Source: Caecitellus pseudoparvulus (Eukaryota > Protista > Bigyra: Bicosoecida). Taken from it: a stretch of 64,000 nt of DNA. Below are positions 25,501 to 37,843 of this stretch, piece by piece (positions within the stretch are counted from its first letter, which is position 1; each line of letters opens with the position of its first letter). A program made the position numbers and the translations under genes. The notes below the pieces were generated by a model. It worked only from the letters and a program-made list of their open reading frames with translations, was not told the origin of the DNA and did no database searches. Location of the stretch: NCBI GenBank assembly GCA_965644315.1, contig CBFFRQ010000014.1:14965-78964 (forward strand), in the 5' to 3' direction.

Positions 25501-28302
25501 CGAGCCGCGCGATCTGGAGTCGTGCGCCGATCCCCCTCACCGGGCAGCTCCTCCGCCCAGGCGTCACGCAAGGCCACTCGACCACGCAGCGTGGAGCCTG
25601 GTTACCGGTGGGATGAAGGGGGGCACTTCCACACTGGGTCCACTGGGAGCAGCGGCACGGAGGAAGGGGAGGGCTCTGCATCCCCCACTGACTCTCTCAG
25701 TGCTCTGGAGGGCGGCTTTGTAGGCGGTACGCAGGGCGGTCCCCGACCCGCCTCCCGCGAAATACGCAAGCCCAAGCCCACGCGCCAGGTGGGCTTCGAC
25801 CTGTCGCGGAACACTGTGGAGGCTGTTCGGGCCTACGCAGCCCTGCAGGCGGAACAGGACGGTGTCTCCCAGCCTGGCGAGGGAGCGGGACAGCCGTCTG
25901 AGGCGCAGCAGCAGCGTCCCCTCGTCGGTGGCATCGTGCGTGAGGGGGGCTGGTCACAGCACGCGCCTGTGCAGCGAGTGCGAGGCCTGAGCGGCATGGC
26001 TTTGGGCACAGGCCGCCTGGGTTCGTCGGGTGGTCGGGCACGTGCCGCTGGGGATGACGACGACGGAGTGGTGGAGGGAGGCATCATCATGGCCCGTCCA
26101 CCCCCTGGCCAAGGCAGCGCCCTCACCTCCCAACTGCACGGCATCATGGAGCTGTACCGTCGCCAGGGCGTCGACGGCGAGCTGCTGCGCGAGGCCATGG
26201 AGCGCGTCGCAGGCGCCGAGGCGGCAGCGCAACGTGACAGCGACACCACCACCGATTTCGGTGCCAGTGGCGGCGAGGGCAGTGCTCCTCGGCATCGCTA
26301 CCTGTATCCCTCTGGCAAGGGGGGGCGAGACGGCACAGGGACGGACCTGCACTTCCTTGCCGTGGACGGCAGCTCCGGCCTGGCAGTCATCGGCCACGAC
26401 ACGTCATTCCGGCAGCAGCGCCGGGGCGGCCAGGTGCCGGCGGAGGGTCCAGCGGACCCCCGTGTCCTGGTGCCGTCCAAAGTGGCCATCGGTGGCGCTC
26501 TGACAGACTTCAACCCAGGCCCCTCACCCCAAGCCCGGGGGTATCTGTTCCGGCCCGGGCAGTGGTTCGACGCGGCGGCAGCGGCACAGGGCGCCACGAC
26601 AGACGCCGAGGCCGAGACGGCGCTGGCAGGCGTCACCCTGCCGCCGGGCATCACGCCGAGAATGTTCGCGGAATTTTCCCGGAACCAGGCCATCATGTCC
26701 AAAGCCATCCTGGAGGCGGCCAAGCTGCAGGGGGTGGGCCCAGCGCAGGCGCAGCAGCTGGGCCTGGGCCTCTCAGTGCTGTCCCTAGCCAAGGCGGGCA
26801 GGGAGGGGTGGACTGCTGCCATCACGACGGCACCCCCCCCTGCTCCCCAACTGGGCCCCCTGGCAAGCGTGCCACAGCTGCCCGGCTCCCTGCGCGAGTC
26901 TTTCGACCTGGAGCGCCTGCGAGCGGATGCTGGTCGGTTGCACCGGCAGTGGCTGAGCGAGGGCGCCCTGCTGGCGTGGACGCAGGAGGGGGGTCGTCCA
27001 CCCCCCCTCGTGCAGCCGGGCTGGGAGAGCAAGGAGGGGGGGGACGGCGCATCCACCCTCACCTCCCTGCCGCCCGGCGAGATCGAGGAGTACTCCCTCT
27101 TGCCCTGGTACCGCCTGCACGCCCGGGCCCTGCCGGCTGAGCACGTGGCTGCCTTCAGCGCGGCGGTGGAGAAGCTGTCGTATTCGTCAGCGCGAGGCGG
27201 GCCGAAGAGGGGTGCCCAGCGACCCCCTGTCCCCCCTGCTTCCCCCCTTCGCCGCCCTGACAGCCAGGAGCTCCTGGTGTCGGATGCCGGGGACGACGAC
27301 GGACCGGGTCCCGTACCGGTGCTGCCGCTGGGCCAGGCGGAGCTGGGACTGGACGGTTCTGGGCGGGGTGTGCCGATCGGACCCACGCACCATGTGCGGG
27401 GCATGACGCTCGCGGCTGTGCTGGGGCGCGAGGGGGGACACACGCCGCGCCCGCCACAGCTGTCCACAGGCGGCACGCTGCCCACGCCGTCTGCCATGGG
27501 GCGGACAGAAGGCGATGCCGATCGGCAGCTGCGACCTGCTCCGCCCTCTGCTCGCTGGGGCCAGGCGCACAAGCACTTGAGCCTGTCCAAGCGTCTGCGC
27601 TTCCTGCGCCTGCGCCAGCGGGGGGAGGGCAGCGGTCCATCGGCCGCCACCCCTCCTGAACCTGAGATGATGCTGGCCGTGCCGCAGTCGTCCATGCCCG
27701 CGCACGCCCAGCGCGTGGCACGTGCCAAGGCTGGGATGGAGGCCCCGCGTGAGGACACGCCGGGGCCCGGCCTCACGGCGTCGCAATCTGCCCGGGGCCG
27801 CCTCAGCCGCCGCGCCATGGGCACTTGGCGAGGGGCCTCCCTGCCCAGCGTGCGGGGGGGGGCTGAGGGGGCACAGGCCGAGGACAGGGGGGGCCTCTCC
27901 GCTTCCCTATCAGCCGTGAGTTTGGGCGGCGGCAGCGTGAGCGCTCGGGGTCCCTTGCGTGCGGAGGGTGGGGCCACACCCGCCCTCCTGCGCCCATCGC
28001 CCGGACTGACTCGTTCCGCTTCTAGCGTCCTCTTCACCAGCACCATCACCTCGCGCCAGGGCGCTGCCAGCGCAGACCCACTGCCAGATGGCAGTCGCCC
28101 CGAGCGCCAGCGACGGAAGGGCTCCTCCACTGCCTCTGCAGGGGGGCTCGGGCTCCGGCGAGGGGGGGGTCGTCTGGCTGCCCCCCGGGCCCTGCATGCT
28201 GCCGTGCGACAAGGGCTCTTGCAAGGCACTAACACGACAGAGGATGGAGTGGTGCAGTACGGCTCAGCAGTCAGCCGGCGATCAGGTTATGGAGAGGTCT
28301 GA
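19506..28302 (+). CDS. Very large (about 2900 aa) Gly/Ala/Pro/Ser-rich protein with coiled-coil segments, unknown function
   Basis: Exon 1 (19506-19628) splices through intron 19629-19704 into the frame of the 2844-aa ORF. Helical, charged segments lie at about 22080-22340 and 22900-23220. No recognisable catalytic domain. Confidence 0.7.
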
Positions 28303-28471
28303 GCAGGCTCGCAACTGAGCGTGCCCTTGCCTACGCTCGACTCTCTGGGCAAATGCACTGGTTGGGCCAAACTTGCGAAATGAGAGCGTCACTTGCACCC
28401 GCTGCCGCGGAGCTGGACATGTGCGGCCTGGTGGGCGCCGCTCCTCCTGCCTGCTGCTCTGCCTCTGCAGC

Positions 28472-31400
28472 ATGCAGCAGCTTGCGCCAGGATCTGATGC
28501 GCGCCAGCTGGGGGGCCATCACCACCCAGACAATGGCAGCCACCACCACCACGGCGAATGGGGGGACTACTCCCCCTCCATGGCCGTGACCATCACCCTA
28601 GTCATTAGTTGCGGTGTGTCTGCGCTGGCTTGCTTGTGGATTTTCTTCACATTCTGGCGGTACAAGGTGTTGCGGAGGTGAGCGGTGCCAAGTGCAGTGC
28701 AGCTGCTCGCCTTTGCATTGTGCGCTGGGCACGGCACAGCAAGCAGCTGACGCCAGTGCGAGCTGCGTATCAATGACGCATTATGCTTCCCACTCCTCTT
28801 CTCGCCCTGTGCTCCCCTTGTTGCGTGCTGGCCTCGCACCCAGCCCCAGCCGCGAGCCGTGGTGCACTCCTGTGCACCTGATAGTGCGGCACGCACCTTG
28901 CCCCCCCCCTCGCCCACAGGCACCCGAATGGCCTGATCCTCTTCCGTTCCATCTGTGATCTGGTGTTCTGCGTGGAGGTGGTGGCCAGTCACCTGTTCCA
29001 CCGGCAGCAGCACTTTCCCCCCGGCTCGGCAGGGGACTGCTCCTTCTTCTCCGGCTTCTCGCAGTACTTCGGGCTGGCTGCGGAGCTGTACGTGCTGTTC
29101 CTGGCAGTGGATCTGGTCATCTCCGTGCACAACCCCTTTGCAGACTACCGCTGGAACAGCGTGTGGTACCACGGCATCGTGCACACTGCCAGCGCCGTGG
29201 GGGTGGGCCTGATCCTCACGGGGCGCACAGCCGACGGACTGCCGCTGTACGGCCAGGACAACTACTTGTCCGTGTGCTGGATCCGGCAGTTTGGGCGGGA
29301 CGGGCAGGTGACGGCGTGGTGGTGGGGCCTCTTCAACGTCCCCGTCGGCTGCATCTACCTGTTCATGATCCTCACCTTCCTCCACGTGCGCTCCCGACTG
29401 CACAAGGGACTGCCCGCCTCACTCTCAGTGCGCAAGTCCTCCCTCACCGTGGGCAGCAGCTACCTCTGCGTGTACGCGCTGTACTGGACCCTGGCTGGGG
29501 TCTGGTACATGGTGTGTTTCGTGGTGGACCCCCACGACCCGCCCCTGCAGTTCCTCCTCATCTTCACCTGCTTCTTCGGCTGCCGTGGCGTCGTGACCAT
29601 GCTGGTGTGGATGAACACGGACGAGTTTGCCCTCGTTCGCAAGGCGTGGAGCGCCTCGGCAGCCGCCCGCCGCAGTCACCGCGCCGCCCTGGCGTGGGCA
29701 CGGGACGCCAGGGAGGCCTCCCTGTCCCAAGGGCCCAAGTCCGTCCCCAGGCCCCTCGTCTGGGGCGCCAGCCTGCCCAACAGCCTGCCTATCGCCGACT
29801 ATGCCTCGCTCCTTGATGGTGCGCCACCGATGCCGGTGGGCAGGGAGGGGGATGAGGAGTCCCCGTGGGCTGGCGTCGCCCCCACTGGCCCCTCCCGTGG
29901 CCGTGGTGAGTCGGACACCTCAGCAGCCTCGGAGAGCACCGTGCTCACGGTGGACCTGGCACGCATGACGCCAGTGGCGGCCGATGCGGCGGCGGCTCGC
30001 CAAGCCGAGCTGCGATGGAAAGCTGTCAACGCGCCAGACCTGCGGCCCTACCTGAACGTCGCACTGCGGAAGGAGATCATTTTCTACACGACGCTTGGCA
30101 TCCGGGTGGCGGTGGCGGTGTCCCATGCCCGTCGTAGCGATGCCATGGAGATCCCCCCCGCCGCCAGCCGCCGCATCAAGCACCGCCGCACACGGGAGGG
30201 CCACGCTGACGTCACCATCCGCCTTCCCCGCAAGCACGAAATCTCCGGGTGGTCGCTGGAGGTGGCGCTGGCTGCCGCGCACGCCGCTGCGCGGGAGGAA
30301 CACAGGTGGCACGACGCTCTGCACGCGCTGGCGCACGACGTGACGGGGGAAGGGGGCCCCCTGTCGCCCCCCCTGCACGGCAAGGCGGGTCCCCCCCCCC
30401 AGCGCAGTGTGTCCGACCTGGCACCTGGCGCAGATGCCAAGGCGCTGGGGGGGAGCGGTGGCGGGCAGGGGGGGGGACAGCCCATGCTGCGGGGCTGGGC
30501 AGGCGCATCCCCTGTGCGCCACAGCAGTCTGGGCCGCAGCAAGCCGTCCGAGCTGGGCATGCGGCAGTTGCTGTGGTTGCTGGAGGGCGGCGGGCCGGGC
30601 AGCCAGACGACTCCCCCGACGGCGTCTGACTCGCCGCGCCTCAGCCCCCACCCCAGCGCCGTGGGCCCTGCTGGCCTGCCTCGTGAGGAAGAGGAGGCTT
30701 CCTGGATACCCTGGTGCTCGCCGTTCGACCTGTGCTGCCCAGCGGACACGCACACCTTCCGCTTCCACGACCTGGCGCCTGACCTCTTTGCCCAGATCCG
30801 CGCCGCGTCAGGCGTGTCGGACGAGGACTACATCGGCGCCCTGGAGCACACGAAGCGCGAGAAGTTCTCAGAGGGCGCCTCGGGCGCCTTCCTCTACTTC
30901 TCCTCCGACGAGCGGTTCATCGTGAAGACCATGACGCAGGAGGAGCGCAGCGTCCTGCTGTCCATCCTACCAGCCTATGCAGCTCACCTACAAGCCTTCC
31001 CCGGCTCCACCCTCACGCGGTGGCTGGGCTGCCACACCATTGTCATGTATGGCACGGCCATGCACTTCATCGTCATGAAGAATGTCCTCTACACAGGCAG
31101 CGTCTCCATCCAGGAGCGCTACGATTTGAAGGGGTCCTGGGTACAGCGCCACCGCATGCCGCTGGAGCGCGGCGCGCGAACCAGCTGCAGGTACTGCCGG
31201 CAGCAGTTCACAGTGGGCGCGGAGCGCTCCGACAACATGTGCCCCTCCCGCCCCAACCGCACCCACGTCGCCAACACGGTGCTGAAGGACAACGACCTGA
31301 ACCAAAAACTGCACCTGCCGGCAGAGCAGAGCCAGGCACTGGGCAGGCAGCTCATTGAGGACGTGTCCTTCCTGGCCAAGTGCGGCATCATGGACTACTC

Positions 31401-32493
31401 CCTCCTCGTGGGCGTGCACCGCTCTCGCTTCCGCCTCACCCACGCCCCAGACGCCACGCCCCAGCACCGGCCGGCCGCGGCAGGGCACGGGGAACACACC
31501 TCAGCACCGGCCACACCCGTGCCCAAGTATGACGAGGCGGCCCGCACCTCAGCCCGCGCCGTGTCTCACCACCTGGACGCCGAGCGCGCGGCCCGTCTGG
31601 GTCACTGCCTCGTGCAGGAGTCACGGGCCATGCCGGCGTGGGGCTTAACGGCTGAGGGCTTGGAGCACCCCACCCTGGACCCTGATGCAAACCCAGACGG
31701 GGCTCCCCCTTCCCGGCCCTCCTGGAGCCTGCAAAGCGAGCAGGGCATGCCGGCAGCGCAGGGGGTGCACGGTACCCCCCTGTCCCCCAGCAAACCCAGT
31801 CCGGTGGCGGTGCCGGCCTCGCCCGGCGGCACAGTGCTGGGGGCGCTGGGCCCACCACCCGCTACGCGCCGGGCACCCCCGGGCCCCTCTTCCCTGTCCC
31901 GTGAGACGGCCGGTCTGCGGCCGGTGACGTCACACGGCTCCCTGGCCACCCTCACCTCCGCCGATCCGGGCGGGGGTGTGTACGTGGAGGAGGGGGGGCA
32001 GGCCCACCTGGCCAGGGCCCGTAGCCTCTCCCGCGGCAGCACGGGGACCTCCCCCATCGTGCCTCTCCGGCGAACAGGCTCCATGGGGCGACTAGAGGGC
32101 TCCTCAAACCGCCAGGCACACATGCCTCTGCTCTCGCTGGACAGTGCCAGCGGCAGCAGGGGGGTGGGAGGGGGGGGCTCGGGGGGCAACTTGGCCCACC
32201 TCCCGCTAGGCAGCGCCCCCGGGGACATTGGACTGCGGGCTGCCGTGATAGAAGCCCCCAGCGTGTACTACATCGGGCTCATTGACATTTTGCAGCGCTT
32301 CACGTGGCGCAAATGGCTGGAGCGTGCTGCCAAGACCACCCTGCTCATGCGTCCGTCAGCTGGCGTGTCGGCAGTGCCCCCCGACCAGTACGCAGCACGC
32401 TTCCGGGCTCGCGTCGTGTCTCAACTCCTGCATGGTTTCGTGGACGGTGAAGTGCACCCTGACCATGCGCTGTACGCGCCGTACCTGCAGTAG
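28472..32493 (+). CDS. GPCR-phosphatidylinositol phosphate kinase fusion (GPCR-PIPK)
   Basis: 7TM region starting after LRR|HPNGLI (intron 28678-28919). Linker motif LR-x9-GI at 30064-30102. PIP5K motifs FSEGASGAF, FIVKT, YDLKGS, LKDNDL, MDYSLL and IDILQ. The start codon is uncertain. Confidence 0.92.
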
Positions 32494-32696
32494 GCAGGGG
32501 CGCCACACTGCCGCACGACGTGCCCAAAAACCCCTACGCAAGTTCGCCCAGCACGAATACATGTCCTTTCCCTTGCCCGCTTTGGCGCGAGGCTGTCTCT
32601 GGCTCAGCTTGCTCGACGCCAGCCCACTTGTGGTGTTGGTGTGGTGAAAACCAGCGAAGCTCTGCCCAAGGCGAGAGCCCTTCAGCTGCTCGGACA

Positions 32697-33497
32697 ATGG
32701 CTGCAGCAACCGTGCTGAATGGCATGCTGGCAGCACCCAGCCAAGATGCACTGAAGCAGTTTCTCAATGTTGTCTTTCGATCGCGCGATGCGGTGGACGA
32801 GGTGCGTGGGCGGCTGCTGCAGTGCACTTGGAGCAACTTCCGCACTCCAGCCAAGCTTGTGCAGGTTGCGGTTGACGAGGTCAAGGCAACATTTTCACTG
32901 GAGGATGACGCTGCTGCAACAAGGGTGAGCCTTGCAACACATGCTCGGCACGCGAACCACTGGCTACGCACGACACGGCATGGCGGCTGGCTCGGCCTGC
33001 ACAGCTCGTTCAAGCCACGGCCGCACTGTTGAAGGGCATCGTCTTCCACTCAGCTGACTTGCACTCAGCAGAAGACATTGCGGGCATGGTGTCTGATAAA
33101 GTTGACACCCGCTTGCGGGGCTTGCTGGGCAAGGTGCGACCAGCTGCTGCTGGGGTCCATAGCCACTGCTCCTCGCTCACCAGAAACGCGGCGCCTCACG
33201 CAGATCATCTCCCAGCGCCTGGGCATCTGGCGAGCAGCGGCGGCATCCTCCTCCATCAGCCCGCCCAAGTTCGTCAGCGCTGATTGGCGTGTGGACATCA
33301 AGGCCTCTGCCGCCGATGTGCAGCGCACTGCGGAGCCCAGTGTGCTGCTGAACCTACAGGTGCAGCGCAACGCGAGCGAGGCAGGGCACATGCCCGGAGT
33401 GGACACCGTCACGGCAGAGCTGTCTGCCCCCGCCCTAGCGACCTTGCTGGAAGGCTTGCACAAGATCCGAGACCAGCTCAAGAGCGCCAGCCAGTGA
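32697..33497 (+). CDS. COMMD9: COMM domain-containing protein 9
   Basis: C-terminal COMM domain (SPPKFVSADWRVDIKASAADVQRTAEPSVLLNLQ...ELSAPALATLLEGLHKIRDQL). Introns 32802-32864, 32925-33004 and 33134-33203. Confidence 0.85.
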
Positions 33498-33807
33498 CGC
33501 TGGCTCAGGTGCAGTTCAGGCGGGGAGCTGGTGATGCGTCGCAGCTGTGTCTTTTGCGTGCGAACTTGCTGCCTGCTTGGACCTGCTCACCACCCCACGC
33601 CAGCTCCTGCAATAGCTGCAGAGCGAGCTGGCCGTGCCGCCTGCATGACAGGCAGGCGCAGAGACCAAAACTCCTCGGCTTGCTGCACTGCGCAGCCCGC
33701 TGGCAGAGTTCCCTTACGATCTCGTTGTGGTGTTTGCACTGCGGAAGCTGCAGCTTGAATGCACTGCGCCAACCTCGGCGGCGTTTCACCTCCGTTTCAC
33801 ACACCGC

Positions 33808-34467
33808 ATGGCGAGCGCAGAGGCCACAGAGCCCACCCCCTTGGAGAAGGCCAGAGCGCTGAAGGCAGAAGGAAACCAGCACTTCAAAGCACAAAAGTAC
33901 TTCCAAGCCCTGCAATCCTACCAGCATGCGATCAAGCTTCTGGAGGGCCGGAGTGGCAGGCTGGTACTGTCAGGCTCCACTGACCTGCGCAAAACTGTCT
34001 ACAGCAACGCTGCAACCGCTTGCATGAAGTTGCACGACGCACAGGAGATTGACAGGAAAGGCTACGCTGCTTCTGCCCTGGACTACGCAGAGCAGGCGGT
34101 GCAAATCGACTTTGCCCACGCCAAAGCCCAGTACTCGCTTGCTCGAGCCCGACACGCTATGGGCTTGCGTGACATGGCAGTGTATGGGCTGATCGAGGCG
34201 GTGCAGGATCTCCCGCACGAGAATCTGGAGAGTGCGCACTCAATGCTCAAGCTGGCTTCGCAATTGGCGAAGAAGGAGTATACCGGCACGAAGCTGGAGG
34301 AGGTGCTGGCGGAGGTGGAAGCTGAACGAGCATTCGTTGCCGAACGACTGACGGAATCTGAGTCAGAGCCCGAGTCAGAGGCTGAGGCAGAGGCTGAGGC
34401 TGAGGCTGAGGCTCAAGCGGGGGATGAAGTAGAGGCAGAGGCAGAGGCAGAGGCTGGTGCAGGGTAG
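33808..34467 (+). CDS. Three-TPR protein with an acidic Glu-Ala tail
   Basis: TPR-like segments ARALKAEGNQHFK...YQHAI, VYSNAATACMKL and HAKAQYSLARA. Confidence 0.85.
   Translation: MASAEATEPTPLEKARALKAEGNQHFKAQKYFQALQSYQHAIKLLEGRSGRLVLSGSTDLRKTVYSNAATACMKLHDAQEIDRKGYAASALDYAEQAVQIDFAHAKAQYSLARARHAMGLRDMAVYGLIEAVQDLPHENLESAHSMLKLASQLAKKEYTGTKLEEVLAEVEAERAFVAERLTESESEPESEAEAEAEAEAEAQAGDEVEAEAEAEAGAG
34378..34457 (+). repeat. Imperfect GAGGC(T/A) hexamer tandem repeat encoding (EA)n
   Basis: gaggctgaggcagaggctgaggct... and gaggcagaggcagaggcagaggct at the 3' end of the TPR gene. Confidence 0.85.
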
Positions 34468-34873
34468 GTGCGCGGCAGCCTCTCAGTCGCCACAGGGTGG
34501 AGACCACTCCCCAGCCTAATGTCGCCGTCATCAGATGGGGCTGTACTGCCCTTTCCGCAAAGGGCCGTCCTTGACGTCCGTGTGCTGTGGCGCAAAGTCG
34601 CACCAGAGCTGCGGAGAATGCGCTCCCAGGCCAGACCTTCAGCAGCGCCTCACACTTGAGACTGGCATGGCAGCGGAGCAGCAAGCACACAACTGAAATG
34701 AACACCTCCTCCACACATCCCTGAAACGTTGGGGTATGTTGTGTGTTTGGTGCAAGGCTGAGTCTCCCAGTGCCCGCGCCCGCGCGCTCAAGCTCCGAGC
34801 CTAGCAACCCCGTCCGCCCGCAGGAGACAAGGGGTGAGGTTAAACTCACACGCTGGAAGAAGAGAATCAAGTT

Positions 34874-37617
34874 ATGCAAGTGTCCAAGAGCGCTGCCATC
34901 CTCGGGGAAGATGCGGAGCGCCTGTCGGGGTGTCGCTTTGATGCGGAGGCTCACGAGCGGCTTGCGCTGAGTCTGGAAAACTTTGACCCAGACGCACAGG
35001 AGGAGCCGTTCCTGACCTCTCCCCGGAGCCTGGAAGCATGTCTCAGACAGGGCATAACCCCTCAAGACCTCGTCCGCAGGTGTGTTCGCCCCTGCTCTGG
35101 TGCTGGGCGGTCCGACCTGGAAGTTGGCGGGACGGTGTCAATTTCCGCACTGCACCCGGCGCAGCTCCAGACCGCCAGGCACCACCTGAAGACCCTTCCG
35201 CCCCCGCAGGCCCTTTGAGTACTATGTCCGGGGAAATGAGCCACGTCTCAGGTCACAGCTGCGAGCAGAACGAGCTGAGCGCCGTCGGCAACGTGCGTGT
35301 GGCGGCGCTGTGCTGGTGTCGCGGCACAAGTTTCGGCACGTGCACAACCCATACGCACGCGTACCCTGCTGTACGAAACCCCACAGAGCGCATGTACAGC
35401 ACAATGGACGAACGAGATGCCATCATTTCCGAGGCTAGCCCCCTGCTGGTGCTCATGGAGGAGCAGCAGCGCAATCGCCACGCACTCGGCAACGCAGCAT
35501 CGCAGGCGGCAGCAGCAGTCAAGGCGCGCGAAGAGGCAGCCATGCAGAAAACGCTCGCCCGCCAAGCAGGCGAACTCCAAGCAGCCCTGACAACTGCCAT
35601 GCTGCAGGAGGCGGCAACGGCCCGTGCGGCCGAGGTGGAGGCCAAGGCGGAAGCTGCGCGGCAAGCAGACGCGAAACGCCGCCGGCAGGCCGCAAACGCG
35701 TCTGCCGCGCACAAACGCGCGATGGAAAGCAAACGAGCTGCCGCACAGGCAGCCGCCGAGCGGCGTGCTGCCGAGGAACAGGCTCTCTTGCAGCGAAAGC
35801 TTCAGCGGCAGGCAGAGGAGGAGGAGGCTGCCGCCGCCGCCGCGCGCAAAGCGGCCGCTGCAAGGGAACGCGAGTTACAAGCGAAACGCAAGGCAGCAGA
35901 AGACGCCGCTGCAGAGCGCCATGCAGCACTCGCAGCGGCTGCAGAGGCGAAAGAGCGCGAAATCGCGGAACGCGAAGCGGCCAGGCAGGCTGCGAAACGC
36001 AGGGAGGCTGCAGCTGCAAAAGCCGCACGAAATGCTGAGCGCCGGGCAGCCGAGAAGCGCATTCGGGCTGTTCGCCAGGCGGCTGCCGAAGCCGAAACAC
36101 AGCGACGGCGTGGCATTGAACGGCGGAGTCAGCAGGCTGAGGAGCGCTTGGGTGCGTGGAAGACTGAGCGGCAGCGAGCCTTGCGCCGGCGTGCTCGGCA
36201 GGCAGCAGAGGCAGAGGCGAAACGCAAGGCAGCCCTTGCAGCTACAGAGCAGCGAGCGGCCGAGTGGCGACGCAGCGTCGCAGAAGCAACACAGGAAAAG
36301 CTGCAGCGGGCTGCTGCCTTCCAGGAGGCTGCTCGGGAAGCGGCGGCGAAACGTGCTGCGCACAGTCACAAAGACGCACACGTGGCCGCCGTCCGCGCCA
36401 GCCACGAGCGTGCCCAGGCTGAGCGCAGGCGGGCCCTCGTGGAAACCATTGCTGCCAAGGAAGAGCGAGTGGAGGCTGCCCGTGCAGCTGCAGAGCGTGA
36501 TGCGGCAGAGCGCAGGCAGCTGGCGGCATTGCGGGAGGAAGAGGCCGCTGCTGCGCTGCTACGCAAGCGGCGCCAAGACGCCTACAAGCGCTTGAAAACT
36601 GCGGTGCACCTGGAAAAAGTGGAGCACCGAGCAGAAGAGCGTCGTATCGCCAAACGGGCAGCATCAGCTGCGCGCGCCAAGGCGGCCGAAGCCATGGAGC
36701 GCAAGAAAAACGCCCTGCTGCAGCAACTGACGAGTCTCAAGGGGGACATACCGGCCATGCAACAGTTCCTGGCAGAGCAGGGTGTCCCGATTTCTCCGAC
36801 TGCCACGGCTCCCCTTTCTTCGCCTGCACGCCGTGAACGTGGCTCGTCAGCCGTTCGACCAGGCTCAGCCAGCCGAGTCAGTCCGAGCAGTGCGCGCACG
36901 AAGCAGCGCCCCCACAGCGCAGCCCCCCTCGGAACACGCAAGCGAACGCCGACGCCCACATCTGCCGTGAAGTTCCCCCCCCGTGCTGGCACCTGGCGCG
37001 TGGGAGGCGGCAAGGTGCACTACAGAACGTACGATGGCATGACGCAGCCCACGCTGGGCTGGGGCGACGGCTTGCGAGGCGGCCCCCGCAACCGCCACAC
37101 TGGCACCGGCGCACACTCCTCCCCAGGCCTGCCTGCACCCGGGCGCCGCCCCACATCAGCTGGTCCACAGCAGGCATCCCTGCAACCCCCCTCTCTCTCC
37201 CTCCCGTGGCTTCAGCGACCCCGTAGCGGAAACGCAGTTGGCACAGGTTCGCATCGCCGATCAGCAAGGCAGCACCGCAGCGCTGGGTACCTGGCGCACA
37301 GAGCAGGTGCCTCAGCGGCAGAAGCCAACCTTCTGGACATGGGGCCTGCGCCAGCTGAAGGGGGGGCGGTGTCCACCCGCTGGGCCCCGTATGAGACTGA
37401 CGTCAGCGCCAAGCAGTACCCTCTCGACACTGCCCAGCTGGCAGACCCCACCACCCGCATCTCAGCGAAGGCTCAGCACCTAGCACGGCAGCGGCCCACT
37501 TCAGGGCCCACAATCACACAGGCCCATGCCTTGGCTGCTCTGAAGTCTGCCGAGGCAGGGCAGGGGGCTGCCGGGTCAGAACAGCAAGCTGCGGTGGAGT
37601 CAGCTGCCAGCCGGTGA
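34874..37617 (+). CDS. Long charged alpha-helical/coiled-coil protein with an N-terminal LTSPRSLEACLRQGI motif
   Basis: Introns 35080-35209 and 35293-35386 join the 114-aa and 859-aa ORFs. An E/R/K/A-rich helix of about 400 aa follows. Confidence 0.75.
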
Positions 37618-37843
37618 CTCAGGTGCGGCTGCGATTGAGGTGACAAGACAGTGGGTGTCTGCAGGTCACGTTTTATTGAGGCGATGGAAGCCGCAGGCAC
37701 GCACGTTGGGGGTATGCGTGGAGCGTGCTCGCCTCAGAGCAACAGCAAACAAGCAGAAGAGAGCCAGTCAAAACAGAAACAACCTGGGCAAGGGGGGAAA
37801 GCTTCGCAGTGGTTTTTCCTAGCGTGCACCAGGTAGCATTTGC

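Noticed and set aside
28678-28919. Longer introns (242, 260, 265 nt) as snoRNA hosts
   Set aside because: I found no convincing paired C/D boxes or H/ACA architecture by eye.
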